This document shows, one piece after another, positions 37,265-47,569 of a DNA stretch of 64,000 bases (position 1 is its first letter; every line of letters begins with the position of its first letter). Location: assembly GCA_027623315.1 (NCBI GenBank), contig JAQBYD010000007.1:13111-77110 (forward strand), given 5' to 3'. The notes under the pieces were generated by a model. That model searched no databases, had not been told where the DNA came from, and was given only the letters and a program-made list of their open reading frames with translations. Position numbers and translations under genes: made by a program. The DNA is from Verrucomicrobiota bacterium (GTDB taxonomy: Bacteria > Verrucomicrobiota > Kiritimatiellia > CAJWTS01).

Positions 37265-38731
37265 TCAGGACCGCGGCTTGAGTTGGGGAAACAGGATCAC
37301 GTCGCGAATGGCTTCAGAGCCGGTCAAGAGCATTACCAGGCGGTCGATTCCGACTCCCATTCCCCCGGCGGGAGGCATTCCATACTCCAGTGCAGTCAGG
37401 AAGTCATCATCCTCTACCTGCGCATCGTCGCCCTTCTGCTCGGCGAGGCGGGCACGCTGCTCGAGCGGATCGTTCAGTTCGGTGTAGGCCGGGGCGATCT
37501 CCTTGCCGCCGATCTCGAGTTCGAAGACATCCAATACGGTCTCATCATCCTCGCAGCGACGCGCGAGGGGAATCAGTTCCACGGGAAGACGCGTGACGAA
37601 GGTGGGTTGAACCAGGGTTCGTTCGATGATCTTCTCGTAGACCTCGTGCGTAATTTCTCCATGACTCCAGTCCGGCTCGATATTCAGATCCCGCTCTTGA
37701 GCCTTGGCGCGTGCTGCATCAAGGCCCAGTTCATACCAATCCGCCCCCATCGTCTCCACGATCAGATCGCGGTACGTCACCTCGCGCCATGGAGGCGTCA
37801 GGTCGATGCGAGCGTCTCCGTCTCCGAAGACGAGTGAACCGAAGACCGTCTCGGCGACGTGGGTGATCATGGCCTGGATCAGCTCCTGCATGCTTCTGCG
37901 ATCGCCGTAGGCCTCGTAGACCTCAAGCATTGTGAACTCGGGGTTGTGCGTTCGATCGAGCCCTTCATTTCGGAAATTCCGGTTTAGCTCGTAAACCTTA
38001 TCGAATCCGCCCACCAGCAACCGCTTGAGGTAAAGCTCCGGCGCGATACGCAGGTACATCCGGGTATCGAGGGCTTCGTAATGCGTAATGAAGGGACGAG
38101 CCGCGGCGCCACCCGCCTGGGGTTGCATCATCGGGGTCTCGACCTCCTGGAATCCACGTGAGTTCAGAAAATCTCGAATGGACTGCACGGTTTGAGTTCT
38201 CTTATTAAAGACCTCGCGAACCTCGGGATTGGAGATCAGATCGATGTAGCGCTGGCGGTATCGCGCATCAACGTCCTTCAACCCGTGCCATTTCTCCGGC
38301 AGCGGCAGCAGAGACTTCGACAAGAGCGTCCAGTCCGTAATCCCGATCGTCGACTCTCCCATTCGCGTCGTAAAGAGGCCGCCTTCGATGCCCACAATAT
38401 CCCCGATATCGAGCAGCTTGAAGGCCGTGAAAGCCTCCTCTCCGAGCTTATTCTTCTGAACGTAGATCTGAAATCGATCCGACCCATCGGAAAGATCTGC
38501 AAAAATGCTCTTTCCCATCTTGCGGATCGTCACGAGGCGCCCTGCCGCGCGCACTACCTTCTCCTCTTCAAATGCAGCACGGATCTCGGATAAGCGCCCG
38601 CTTCGATCGTACGCGCGTCCATATGGGGAATATCCCAATTCCTCCAATTGTCGCATGTTCGTGAGCCGTTGCTCACGGTATTGATCGCTGTCTTCGATCT
38701 CGTTCTGTTCGTCCATAATCGATCTCTCCAA
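37265..38731 (-). CDS. lysS: lysine--tRNA ligase (class II)
   Basis: OB-fold N-domain and class II motifs (FRNEG, GGMGVGIDRLVM); 488 aa. Confidence 0.95.
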   Translation of the reverse strand: MERSIMDEQNEIEDSDQYREQRLTNMRQLEELGYSPYGRAYDRSGRLSEIRAAFEEEKVVRAAGRLVTIRKMGKSIFADLSDGSDRFQIYVQKNKLGEEAFTAFKLLDIGDIVGIEGGLFTTRMGESTIGITDWTLLSKSLLPLPEKWHGLKDVDARYRQRYIDLISNPEVREVFNKRTQTVQSIRDFLNSRGFQEVETPMMQPQAGGAAARPFITHYEALDTRMYLRIAPELYLKRLLVGGFDKVYELNRNFRNEGLDRTHNPEFTMLEVYEAYGDRRSMQELIQAMITHVAETVFGSLVFGDGDARIDLTPPWREVTYRDLIVETMGADWYELGLDAARAKAQERDLNIEPDWSHGEITHEVYEKIIERTLVQPTFVTRLPVELIPLARRCEDDETVLDVFELEIGGKEIAPAYTELNDPLEQRARLAEQKGDDAQVEDDDFLTALEYGMPPAGGMGVGIDRLVMLLTGSEAIRDVILFPQLKPRS

Positions 38732-38903
38732 ACCTGTCCCGTGGCGCCACGGAGCAGGCGCGATACTGCATCAAGGGATTGAGCAATGCAAACTATAAGC
38801 CGATCCCCGGGTCTTCCAAAAAATGATTTGAAACAAGGAAATCGCGCACCTATGCTTATGTCGGCTTGTGTGTGTGGATTAACCAAAACAGGAGGACGTA
38901 GTC

Positions 38904-39896
38904 ATGGCCAGACCAGTCACATTGTTCACCGGGCAGTTCGCAGACATCCCGCTTGAGGAGCTCTGCTCCAAGGCAGTCGGTTGGGGCTACGACGGGCTTG
39001 AACTCGCCTGCTGGGGCGATCACGTCGACGTGGATCGCGCTGCTCGCGACAAGAAATACGCCAAGTCTCGCAAAGAGATTCTCGCCGATCACCGCCTTGA
39101 ATTGTTCTCAATCAGTCACCATCTCGCCGGACAACTGGTTTGTGACCCGAATAACGATAACCGAAGCGATGGGTTCGCTCCGCCGGACTGCAAGGGCGAT
39201 CCCGAGAAGAAGCGGCGCTGGGCCGTCAAGACGATGAAGAACAGTGCCCGCGCCGCGAAGAACATCGGGGTCAAGGTGGTGAATGGCTTCACCGGTTCGT
39301 CGATATGGCATCTGCTCTACAGTTTTCCGCCCGTTTCCGAAAAACAACTCGACGACGGCTACAAGTATTTCGCGAAGATGTGGAATCCCATTCTCGACGT
39401 GTTCGACCAGTGCGGAGTTCGCTTCGGACTCGAGGTCCATCCCACCGAGATCGCGTACGATATCGTCACGACCCGCAAGGCGCTCGCGGCGGTCAAGAAC
39501 CGCAAAGCCTTCGGGTTCAATTTCGATCCCAGCCACCTGCACTGGCAGATGGTGGATCCGGTCAAGTTCCTGACGGAGTTCAAAGATCGCATCTACCACG
39601 TGCACATGAAGGATGCCGCGCTTACGCTCGACGGGGAGTCCGGTATCCTCTCCTCCCATCTCAACTTTGGCACGCCGGGACGCGGATGGGACTTCAGGAG
39701 CCTGGGTCGCGGCGGTGTGGACTTCGAGGAGATCATTCGCACCTTGAATTACATCGGATACAACGGCCCGCTCTCCGTGGAGTGGGAAGATGCCGCAATG
39801 GACCGGGAACAGGGAGCAGCCGAAGCCGCTCAGTATGTCAAAGACATCGACTTTGATCGTTCGGATCGCGTCTTCGACGAAGCGTTCGGCAATTGA
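38904..39896 (+). CDS. sugar phosphate isomerase/epimerase (xylose isomerase-like TIM barrel)
   Basis: 330 aa; GLEVHPTE, NFDPSHL, HVHMKD and SVEWED form the ligand pattern. AGGAGGA RBS. Confidence 0.8.
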   Translation: MARPVTLFTGQFADIPLEELCSKAVGWGYDGLELACWGDHVDVDRAARDKKYAKSRKEILADHRLELFSISHHLAGQLVCDPNNDNRSDGFAPPDCKGDPEKKRRWAVKTMKNSARAAKNIGVKVVNGFTGSSIWHLLYSFPPVSEKQLDDGYKYFAKMWNPILDVFDQCGVRFGLEVHPTEIAYDIVTTRKALAAVKNRKAFGFNFDPSHLHWQMVDPVKFLTEFKDRIYHVHMKDAALTLDGESGILSSHLNFGTPGRGWDFRSLGRGGVDFEEIIRTLNYIGYNGPLSVEWEDAAMDREQGAAEAAQYVKDIDFDRSDRVFDEAFGN

Positions 39897-41590
39897 TCTC
39901 TCCCACGGCCGCTGACCCCGGCATCCCCGTGCCGGACGAAGTGGCCCAGGAGGACATCTTGACGGAGTCCCGCACAGGTCGCGGGCGGGTCCTGCTCCTG
40001 GCTGTGCTCGCACTCGCCAGCATTTCCGCGTCCGCGGCCGGGGTGCCGCGCTTGCGGTTTACCAAACCCGTCACGCTGGAGTCGGCCAATCTGCGCATCA
40101 GGCTGATGCCCGACGCCACCGAGGTTCCCCTACCCGCACTCAAGGCGTACACCTACGAGAATTCGGCCACCGGAGAGCGCCTTGATCTCTATGACCCCGC
40201 CGACCTGTGGCGACGATCGGAACACCTCGCGGAATGGCGCGACGAGTTTGGCACACGGATGCGCATCATGAAGCCGACGATGATCTTACCGGATGGCTTT
40301 AGCCGCGCCCACGTCAGCCGCGAGGAGTATGCGCAGGTCACCTCTAAGGCCCGAGAGGTTGAGTGGACCCCCCTCTCGCTTGCCCAATGGTTCAGCGCGG
40401 TCACAGGCCTGCCCTTCATGGGGAGGGCTGACCCCCTGAGACACCCGCAGCGCATGCGAAGCCTTGACTGGCTACGCCTGGAGAATCAAGGCGACGTGAC
40501 GCTTGCATACTTTCTCAAGTTCAGACGATTCGATGAATGGTTCGTCCTGACCTTCGAATTGGCACCCGGCGTGGATCCGAAGAAGGCTCACCTTGCCGTC
40601 CAACAACAGCTCCTGGGGACCATGGCAATAAACCTGACCGGTTCCGGCGCAGGCGACGATGATCCGTCATCTCGCTTCCGACTGCGAACCGGGACCGCTG
40701 CAAGATCTGCGACCGCGGAGTTACGAGGTAGCCGTGCACAGGTTCTAGAGAATATTCGGAACCTCAATAACTGGTGGTACGTGGAGACCCCGTTCTATGT
40801 GATCATGTCTAATCTCGGGAGCAAGCACAGCCCCATGATCAAGCGCTTTCAGAAGGATATGCCACACATGCGGCGCGCATACCTCAGCCTAATTCCGCCC
40901 CGCCGGCCGATTAATGCGGTCAGCGTGATCCGGGTCTTTGCCACGGCAGAGGAATACGCCGCGTACGTCCCCGAAGAGATGCGGTGGTCCGCAGGACTGT
41001 GGCACGCCGGCCAGCGTGAACTTGTGATCAGTCCGATCGACGAGGGAAAGAAACGAGATCAACGCAAGGCCGTACACGACGTCCTGTATCACGAAGCTTT
41101 TCATCAATATCTTTTCTATGCCTTGGATCAAGCTCCGGTCTCAATGTGGTTCAATGAAGGCCACGCAACCCTTTTCGAGGGCGTCAAGATGCAGGGATCA
41201 TCCATTCAGATTATCGAAGCTGAGGCCTACGCGGACCGCCTCGTCGTGATGCTGAAAAGCGGGACGGTCGACCTGGAGGAACTCGTGCATCTCTCGCCCG
41301 TGGAATTCTACGGCAACGACCATCAGACGCGCGAAGTGCGCTACACGGCTTCGTGGGGTCTCGTCTACTACCTGCGAAAAGGGACAGCCGTGGTCAAGCG
41401 CAGTCCGTACGTCGGAATTCTGGATCGCTACGTCGACGCCCTGTGGGAGACGAAAAACGAGAGCGAGGCAACAGAGAGAGCGTTTAGAGGCGTCGACTTC
41501 CGTCAGTTGGAGTCTGACTTCGGGACATTCTGGAACACCCCCGACCTCCGCTCCAAGGCCCAACGGATCAGGATTCTGGGTCGTAAATAG
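39893..41590 (+). CDS. secreted hypothetical protein with HExxH motif (DUF1570/peptidase-MA-like)
   Basis: Signal-peptide-like RVLLLAVLALASISASAAG, followed by VLYHEAFHQYLF...WFNEGHATLFEG. The start is uncertain: TTG at 39893 overlapping the upstream stop, or TTG at 39959. Confidence 0.5.
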   Translation: MISPTAADPGIPVPDEVAQEDILTESRTGRGRVLLLAVLALASISASAAGVPRLRFTKPVTLESANLRIRLMPDATEVPLPALKAYTYENSATGERLDLYDPADLWRRSEHLAEWRDEFGTRMRIMKPTMILPDGFSRAHVSREEYAQVTSKAREVEWTPLSLAQWFSAVTGLPFMGRADPLRHPQRMRSLDWLRLENQGDVTLAYFLKFRRFDEWFVLTFELAPGVDPKKAHLAVQQQLLGTMAINLTGSGAGDDDPSSRFRLRTGTAARSATAELRGSRAQVLENIRNLNNWWYVETPFYVIMSNLGSKHSPMIKRFQKDMPHMRRAYLSLIPPRRPINAVSVIRVFATAEEYAAYVPEEMRWSAGLWHAGQRELVISPIDEGKKRDQRKAVHDVLYHEAFHQYLFYALDQAPVSMWFNEGHATLFEGVKMQGSSIQIIEAEAYADRLVVMLKSGTVDLEELVHLSPVEFYGNDHQTREVRYTASWGLVYYLRKGTAVVKRSPYVGILDRYVDALWETKNESEATERAFRGVDFRQLESDFGTFWNTPDLRSKAQRIRILGRK

Positions 41591-41678
41591 GGCTGCCGTC
41601 GTTTCCCGACGGAGTGGTCTACAAGTATTGAACTCCTCCTCAAAATCCGTACACTCGGCCCCTCCTGCTTGATTCCTC

Positions 41679-43769
41679 ATGAGTGCCCCTGATCCAAACC
41701 CGCTGCAACGGTACGGAGCGCATCCGCGATTCGACGAACTGACCGCCGCCCATGTAGAGCCCGCCCTGCGTGCTATACTCGCCGAAGCAGAGGCGCAACT
41801 TGTAAAACTCGAAACATCCTACATTCCCACCTGGGAGGGCTTGATGGCGCCGCTGGAGGCGCTGCAGGAGCCTCTGGAGTTTGCGTGGCTAACGGTGTCT
41901 CACCTGATGGGCGTCCAGAATAGTGATGCCCTGCGAGCGGCTCACGACGCGGTTCAGCCCGATGTCGTGTCATTCTCGCTTCGCCTGGGGCAAAGCCAAC
42001 CGATCTACGAAGGCATGAAAGCCATGCGAGGGAGCGACGTGCGGGGGTCTTTAAGCGGTGCCCAACAACGAATCCTGGAGTCCTCGATCCGAGATGCCGA
42101 GCTCTCTGGAATTGCCCTCAAGGGGCACGAACGCGATCAGTTCCAAGAGAACCAGAAGCAACTCGCAGAGCTGGGTAGCCGATTCAAGAATAACGTTCTC
42201 GATGCCACGCGCGCGTTCGCCCTGACGATCACGGATCCGGCGGATGCCGAGGGGTTCCCGGCCACGCTTCTAGGGATCAGCGCGCAATCGGCGCGGGATG
42301 CCGGCGATGACGAGAACGCCACCGCGCAAAATGGCCCTTGGCGCATCACCCTCGATGCGCCCGTTCTGATCCCCTTCCTCGAACACTGCCGCCAGCCTGC
42401 GCTGCGCGAACACGTCTATAGAGCCCACATCACGCGCGCCGCATCCGGCGACTTCGATAATGGCCCGCTGATCGATCAGATCCTTCAACGGCGTTACGAT
42501 CAGGCAAAGTTGCTGGGCTATCAAACACCCGCGGAAGTGAGCCTGGCGCGAAAGATGGCATCCGGTGTCGACGCGATCGACCAACTCAGCCGCAGTCTCA
42601 CCGATGCATGCATGCCTGCCGCCAGCAGAGATTTGGATGAACTTACGGAATATGCTCGCGAGTGCACCGGCAACGCCGGCCTTGAACTGGCTCACTGGGA
42701 CATCGCATTCTGGGCCGAGCGACTCAGAGAGGACCGATACGCTTATCGCGAGGAGGACATCCGTCCCTATTTTTCCCTGGACCGGGTTCTGGACGGCCTG
42801 TTCGAGCTGGCGGGCAGGCTTTTCGGAATCACCATCACGCCGGCCGATGGCGCCGTGCCTGTATGGCATCCGGATGTCCGGTATTTTCGAGTCGCGGCGC
42901 GGGACGGTTCGCCCGTCGCAGGCTTTTATCTCGATCCGTATAGTCGTCCAGCTGACAAGCGCGGTGGCGCATGGATGGGTGAATGCCTGAGCAGGCAACG
43001 GTTGCCAGACGGAGGCATCTGCCTTCCTGTAACCTGGCTCGTCTGCAACCAGACTAGTCCGGTGGGCGACACGCCTTCCCTAATGTCGTTTGACGAGATT
43101 CGAACGCTGTTTCACGAGTTTGGTCATGGACTCCAGCACATGTTGACCACGGTAGAGATCGCAAGCGCGGCCGGCATCAACAATATTGAATGGGACGCGA
43201 TCGAGATCGCCAGTCAGTTCATGGAGAACTGGTGCTACCACAAGCAAACGTTGCTCGGAATGAGTCGCCACGTCGAGAGCGGCGCCCCCTTGCCGGACGG
43301 CCTCTACGACAAGATCGTGGCGTCCAGGGTCTACAGGACCGGATCTACTACGCTGCGCCAGCTCTATTTCGGGATCCTGGACATCGAACTGCATCACCGC
43401 TACCAGCCGGGCGGGCCGGAGACAGTCGAGGCGTTGAAGAACAGGGTTGCCGGGACGGCGACACTCATGCATCCCCTTCCCGAGGATCGTTTCCTGTGCT
43501 CATTTTCCCACATCTTTGGTGGTGGGTATGCCGCCGGGTACTACAGCTACAAGTGGTCCGAAGTGCTGTCCGCAGACGCGTTCTCGGCGTTCGAGGAGGC
43601 CGGGCTGGATAACGCCGACGCCATAACGCGGACGGGGGCTCGGTTTCGGGACACGATCCTGTCCGAGGGCGGATCCCGTCACCCCATGGACGTCTACCGC
43701 GACTTTCGGGGTCGCGAACCGACCATCGACGCGTTGCTTCGACATACGGGGTTGGCGACTTCAGCATGA
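41679..43769 (+). CDS. prlC: oligopeptidase A (M3 family metallopeptidase)
   Basis: 696 aa; LFHEFGHGLQH zinc motif and FSHIFGGGYAAGYYSYKW. Confidence 0.9.
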   Translation: MSAPDPNPLQRYGAHPRFDELTAAHVEPALRAILAEAEAQLVKLETSYIPTWEGLMAPLEALQEPLEFAWLTVSHLMGVQNSDALRAAHDAVQPDVVSFSLRLGQSQPIYEGMKAMRGSDVRGSLSGAQQRILESSIRDAELSGIALKGHERDQFQENQKQLAELGSRFKNNVLDATRAFALTITDPADAEGFPATLLGISAQSARDAGDDENATAQNGPWRITLDAPVLIPFLEHCRQPALREHVYRAHITRAASGDFDNGPLIDQILQRRYDQAKLLGYQTPAEVSLARKMASGVDAIDQLSRSLTDACMPAASRDLDELTEYARECTGNAGLELAHWDIAFWAERLREDRYAYREEDIRPYFSLDRVLDGLFELAGRLFGITITPADGAVPVWHPDVRYFRVAARDGSPVAGFYLDPYSRPADKRGGAWMGECLSRQRLPDGGICLPVTWLVCNQTSPVGDTPSLMSFDEIRTLFHEFGHGLQHMLTTVEIASAAGINNIEWDAIEIASQFMENWCYHKQTLLGMSRHVESGAPLPDGLYDKIVASRVYRTGSTTLRQLYFGILDIELHHRYQPGGPETVEALKNRVAGTATLMHPLPEDRFLCSFSHIFGGGYAAGYYSYKWSEVLSADAFSAFEEAGLDNADAITRTGARFRDTILSEGGSRHPMDVYRDFRGREPTIDALLRHTGLATSA

Positions 43770-44671
43770 GAGCGACCCCTCTTGTTGCATCAAGATTTAG
43801 GGATGACGGCGGCGCCATGTTTGGCCTCGTTCCGAAGATGATCTGGGAACAGCTGCTTGCACCGGACGAGAACAATTGCATTGCTCAGAACCTGAATACG
43901 CTGCTCATCGAGCTCCGTGACGGTCGCAAGGGAATCCTGGATGTGGGATGGGGCAACCCGGACTGGTTCCCAAGCCGCGAACGCGAGTTCCGATGCATGG
44001 AATCGGAGTGGTCGCTTCCGGCTTCACTTCAGGCCCTGCAGGTCTCCACTGAGGAGATCGAGTTTGTGGTCCTGACTCATCTTCATCACGATCATGCCGG
44101 AGGACTCGGCTTCTGCCCCGAGGATGGCGAGATGCTCGTGACCTTCCCAAACGCTACTATTTTCGTGCACGCGGCGGAATGGGATCTCGCGACGCAGGGC
44201 GACCCGCTTCTCTTCAAGGCCTACCCGGAAGTTTCCATCGCTCCTCTGCGAGCCCTGCCCCCGGAGAGGATATTTTTGGTGGATGATGACGTCACGACCA
44301 TACTACCGGGCATCGCCCTGATCCGGAGCGGCGGGCATACCGATGGACATTGCACGATCCTGATCGGGGACGGGGAGAGCCTGCAGATCGAGCATCCGGA
44401 TCTGCGCGATGATCCGGCCTCGCTTAGAATTCTGTACGCGGGCGATGTCTGTCCCACCTCGCATCATCTGCGTCTGGTCTACCAACTGTCCTATGATACG
44501 CACCCCATGGATTCGCGACGGTGGAAACGGGAATGGCTGCCACGAATAGCCCATGACGGGCTCTTCCTGATGTTCGATCATGACCCGGACCTTTACGGGG
44601 CTTTTCTCCGGAAGGACGACCGGCGCGGCTTCATGGTCGAACGCAGCGTCCCCGCGACGTCGCAGGCTTGA
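43766..44671 (+). CDS. MBL-fold metallo-hydrolase
   Basis: LTHLHHDHAGG and GGHTDGH. A 4-nt overlap with the prlC stop suggests an operon. Confidence 0.8.
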   Translation: MRATPLVASRFRDDGGAMFGLVPKMIWEQLLAPDENNCIAQNLNTLLIELRDGRKGILDVGWGNPDWFPSREREFRCMESEWSLPASLQALQVSTEEIEFVVLTHLHHDHAGGLGFCPEDGEMLVTFPNATIFVHAAEWDLATQGDPLLFKAYPEVSIAPLRALPPERIFLVDDDVTTILPGIALIRSGGHTDGHCTILIGDGESLQIEHPDLRDDPASLRILYAGDVCPTSHHLRLVYQLSYDTHPMDSRRWKREWLPRIAHDGLFLMFDHDPDLYGAFLRKDDRRGFMVERSVPATSQA

Positions 44672-44681
44672 GTGAGCGCGC

Positions 44682-45107
44682 CTACTCCGACGATGTTCGG
44701 CTCATGTAGTTGCTCAGAAAGTGGCGAATCACCTCGTCCATGGTGACATCGCTGATACGGTAGTTCTGTCCGGTGCGCAGCATGCTCTCGTGCTTTACCA
44801 GGCGCACGCCTTTGCGCTCTCTGCACACGATCTCCGCATAGGGCACGATGCCATCCGGGAAGAGGCGTCCCTGGAGCCGGTAGACGAATTCATCCGCTCC
44901 GTGCACCTGAACGGTTAACTGGGCAGAAGACGCAGAGATGCGGGTGTTGACCGTTCGGCCATGCTTTTCGAGTTCCGCCTGGAGCTGATCAAAGGAGGGG
45001 CGTACCACATTGCTGATAAAGACCTCCACCTCGTCCTGCTTCGGCGCCTCGCGGCGCGTCGACTTCTTTTCCAGGAAATCACCGAGTTCGTTCTTCCAGT
45101 CGGACAT
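44682..45107 (-). CDS. hypothetical protein
   Basis: 141 aa from the ATG giving MSDWKNELGDFLEKK (the track start at 45161 overlaps the upstream gene). No recognisable motif, but the residue composition looks protein-like. Confidence 0.4.
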   Translation of the reverse strand: MSDWKNELGDFLEKKSTRREAPKQDEVEVFISNVVRPSFDQLQAELEKHGRTVNTRISASSAQLTVQVHGADEFVYRLQGRLFPDGIVPYAEIVCRERKGVRLVKHESMLRTGQNYRISDVTMDEVIRHFLSNYMSRTSSE

Positions 45108-45151
45108 TGCGCAACCATACCACGCAGGCTTGAGCAGATCAAGCAGCCAGG

Positions 45152-46036
45152 CTAGATGCAAGATTCCGGATCTGGATACCGGTAGGTGTAGTTGAGCTCA
45201 CGCTTCAGTTTTTCCCCGGACACGATTTTCCAGGCGCATTCGGGCTCATCGACAAAGGTCGGCGGAGGAACTCCGATGGCGGCGGCGGCGCGCTGGTAAT
45301 AGTCGCGACGACGAGGATGCTTCTCAGCCACCACGTTAAAGACCTGATTTCGAATCGACTGCTCCAGCACCTGGCACGTCGCCCCCACCGCATCATCGCG
45401 ATGCACCAGATTCACGGGTGCATCTCCTCTGGGCACGTCTGATTTTCCCTGCAGAAAGTTTCCGGGAAGTCGCCCTGGTCCGATAAGGCCCGCCATTCGA
45501 AGGACCGTACAAGCGAAGTCGGAGTGGCCGAGCAATTCGCACTCGGCCTGTCGAAGGACTCGGCCGGAGCGCTTCTCGGGGTCGTTCCCGTCCGTCTCGG
45601 TGACGATTCGACGCAGTTCCGGGTAGACCGATGTCGAACTGACGAAGATCACGAAACGGCATCGACTGCCTGCCACAGCCGTGGCCACGGCCTTGATTTG
45701 CGCGGCGTACCGCTGCGCCATAGTCTCGTCGCGCCCGGGTGGTATATTCAGTACCAACGCATCCGATTCGAAGAAATCCGCAGCCTGACCGTCTTGAAGC
45801 CCTGGATTCAAGTCCAACGGGAACGGTTCGATATCATGCTCGCGGAGTACGCCAAGCCGTTCCGCTGTTCGGGTAGATCCGCGAACATGGTACCCGCACT
45901 CAACCAGTGCCGCTCCGAGTGCCAGGCCGTACCATCCGCATCCGAGAATGCTCACACTCTTTCTTCTGAATTCGGCTTTCACAGGTTCCTGCTCGTGGGT
46001 GATTCTGATGTTGTCTCTTGCCTTCCCGCTACGCAA
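45152..46036 (-). CDS. NAD(P)-binding Rossmann-fold protein (SDR/epimerase-like)
   Basis: VSILGCGWYGLALGAALVECGYHVRGSTR dinucleotide-binding start; about 290 aa. The exact start is uncertain. Confidence 0.65.
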   Translation of the reverse strand: MRSGKARDNIRITHEQEPVKAEFRRKSVSILGCGWYGLALGAALVECGYHVRGSTRTAERLGVLREHDIEPFPLDLNPGLQDGQAADFFESDALVLNIPPGRDETMAQRYAAQIKAVATAVAGSRCRFVIFVSSTSVYPELRRIVTETDGNDPEKRSGRVLRQAECELLGHSDFACTVLRMAGLIGPGRLPGNFLQGKSDVPRGDAPVNLVHRDDAVGATCQVLEQSIRNQVFNVVAEKHPRRRDYYQRAAAAIGVPPPTFVDEPECAWKIVSGEKLKRELNYTYRYPDPESCI

Positions 46037-46130
46037 AGTTCGCTTGCGCTGCGCCGGATCCCGTGTATAGACTTTGATTGTCCTTATCGCACGCAGTTTA
46101 TGCTAAGACGCCGCTAAGCCCAGACAAGCC

Positions 46131-46541
46131 ATGGCAGACATCAAATTTGCATGTTTAGAGTGCCAACAAGCGCTCGAAGCCCCCGACGACATGGCCGGCA
46201 TGGACTTGGAATGCCCGTCGTGCAACGCCCAGATACAGATTCCTGCCCAGCGGAACGCGGCATCTCATCCAGCGCTAGCCAAGAAGGCGGCCGCTGCGGA
46301 GACGCCGCGCGGGGACTCGGCCGGCCGGAAGACAAAATGCCCGAAGTGCGGCGCGGGCATCCCCATGGGGGCCGTGCTTTGCGTCGAATGCGGCTTCCAC
46401 TTCAAGAAGAAGAAGCAGCTTCAGACGCGCGAAGGAAAGGCCGCGGCCACCGGCGGCGGAAACAACGTCGTGGTCTTCGCCCTGATCGGGGTGATCGTAA
46501 TTGCGATCGCCCTCATCGTCTGGCAGATGACCTCCAGTTGA
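46131..46541 (+). CDS. double zinc-ribbon membrane-anchored protein
   Basis: CLECQ...CPSCN and CPKCG...CVECG ribbons, with a C-terminal TM segment VVVFALIGVIVIAIALIVW. Confidence 0.55.
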   Translation: MADIKFACLECQQALEAPDDMAGMDLECPSCNAQIQIPAQRNAASHPALAKKAAAAETPRGDSAGRKTKCPKCGAGIPMGAVLCVECGFHFKKKKQLQTREGKAAATGGGNNVVVFALIGVIVIAIALIVWQMTSS

Positions 46542-46543
46542 GC

Positions 46544-47569
46544 CTATACAAACGGCGGCGCCTGAAGTGCCGCCAGATCGGTCGCGCCGTAGCCATGCAT
46601 GACCAGCCTGTGGATGGCCTGCATCATCTCGCGCCCATCAGGAACCAGGGTGTGCAGCAGTAAGCGGGGGATGTGGTTCCTGAGCCACTGGTCGACGAAA
46701 TTCGCGGGAACGTCCAGTCGCATGCACGGCCACAGAATCATGTCCGCCGTCAGCTGAGCGCGATCCAGCGATCCGAATACGGAAATTGGTTGCTCGTTGA
46801 TGGTCGTTCGGCTCTGCTGAACGAACTGTGCGCCGCTCAGAATGGACTCAACCGTCATGACCGCCTCAACGGCATGGCGATAATAGCAATCGTCGTCCAA
46901 TCCAGCCTTGTGCTCCGTCCCGCTGAAGACCGCGTCGGCGGTCGCGCGCGTAAAGAGCTTGAACCCACTATGAAAGTCCGGGAACTCATCCTGTACGGTC
47001 GCGTACTCCAGCCTCAGTGGATGCCCGGAGATGGAAGCATGATAGTGCAGTGCATCAAGCAGCACTCTGTCCGCGAGTTCCTCAAGCTCCCCACGCCCAA
47101 ATCCCATGGGATGATGACGGGAGACCCGTCGCCCAAGCACCATCACGCGGTCATCCCCACTTGCGTGTTCGACGTGACGGCAAGTCCGCGTGAAGGTGAC
47201 CAATTCGTTCGCGAAATGATCGCCGTCCTGATCGACCACCGCCAGGTATCGCAGCTCGTCATCCTGAAGCAGGTGCCGCATGCCCGCTGTGGCGGCAGAA
47301 AGCTTTCCGCGATTCTCCGACTGGCAGATCACTTGCACGCCAAACTCCGCGCTCAGCTGATGCGCTGCTTCTTCGCCCCTCGCATTCCCGTCTACGCTCA
47401 GGCAGACGTGCGCGGCGTCCGTCACGACATCGCAGAAGGCGTATACGTTGTCGCGAATCACGCCGACGGCCAGCGCGGGATCCATCGTGTCAGAGATGAA
47501 AAGCGGAATTACCACTCCGGTCTGCGTGCGCGTAACCGCGTTGGCCTGTTCGTAGGATGCCCCGCTCAT
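46544..47569 (-). CDS. GT-A fold glycosyltransferase-like protein (family 2-like)
   Basis: VVIPLF, ENRGKLSAA, VVDQDGDH (DxD) and SGFKLFTR are collinear with GT2 motifs. Motif-level call only. A 4-nt ATGA overlap with the miaA copy 2 stop is present. Confidence 0.5.
   Translation of the reverse strand: MSGASYEQANAVTRTQTGVVIPLFISDTMDPALAVGVIRDNVYAFCDVVTDAAHVCLSVDGNARGEEAAHQLSAEFGVQVICQSENRGKLSAATAGMRHLLQDDELRYLAVVDQDGDHFANELVTFTRTCRHVEHASGDDRVMVLGRRVSRHHPMGFGRGELEELADRVLLDALHYHASISGHPLRLEYATVQDEFPDFHSGFKLFTRATADAVFSGTEHKAGLDDDCYYRHAVEAVMTVESILSGAQFVQQSRTTINEQPISVFGSLDRAQLTADMILWPCMRLDVPANFVDQWLRNHIPRLLLHTLVPDGREMMQAIHRLVMHGYGATDLAALQAPPFV

Noticed and set aside
38732-38903. 172-nt region upstream of lysS, considered for a lysine riboswitch or T-box leader
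   Set aside because: lysS and the TIM-barrel gene diverge here. The sequence has only one short palindrome (CCGTGGCGCCACGG) and none of the conserved L-box or T-box elements that I can recall.
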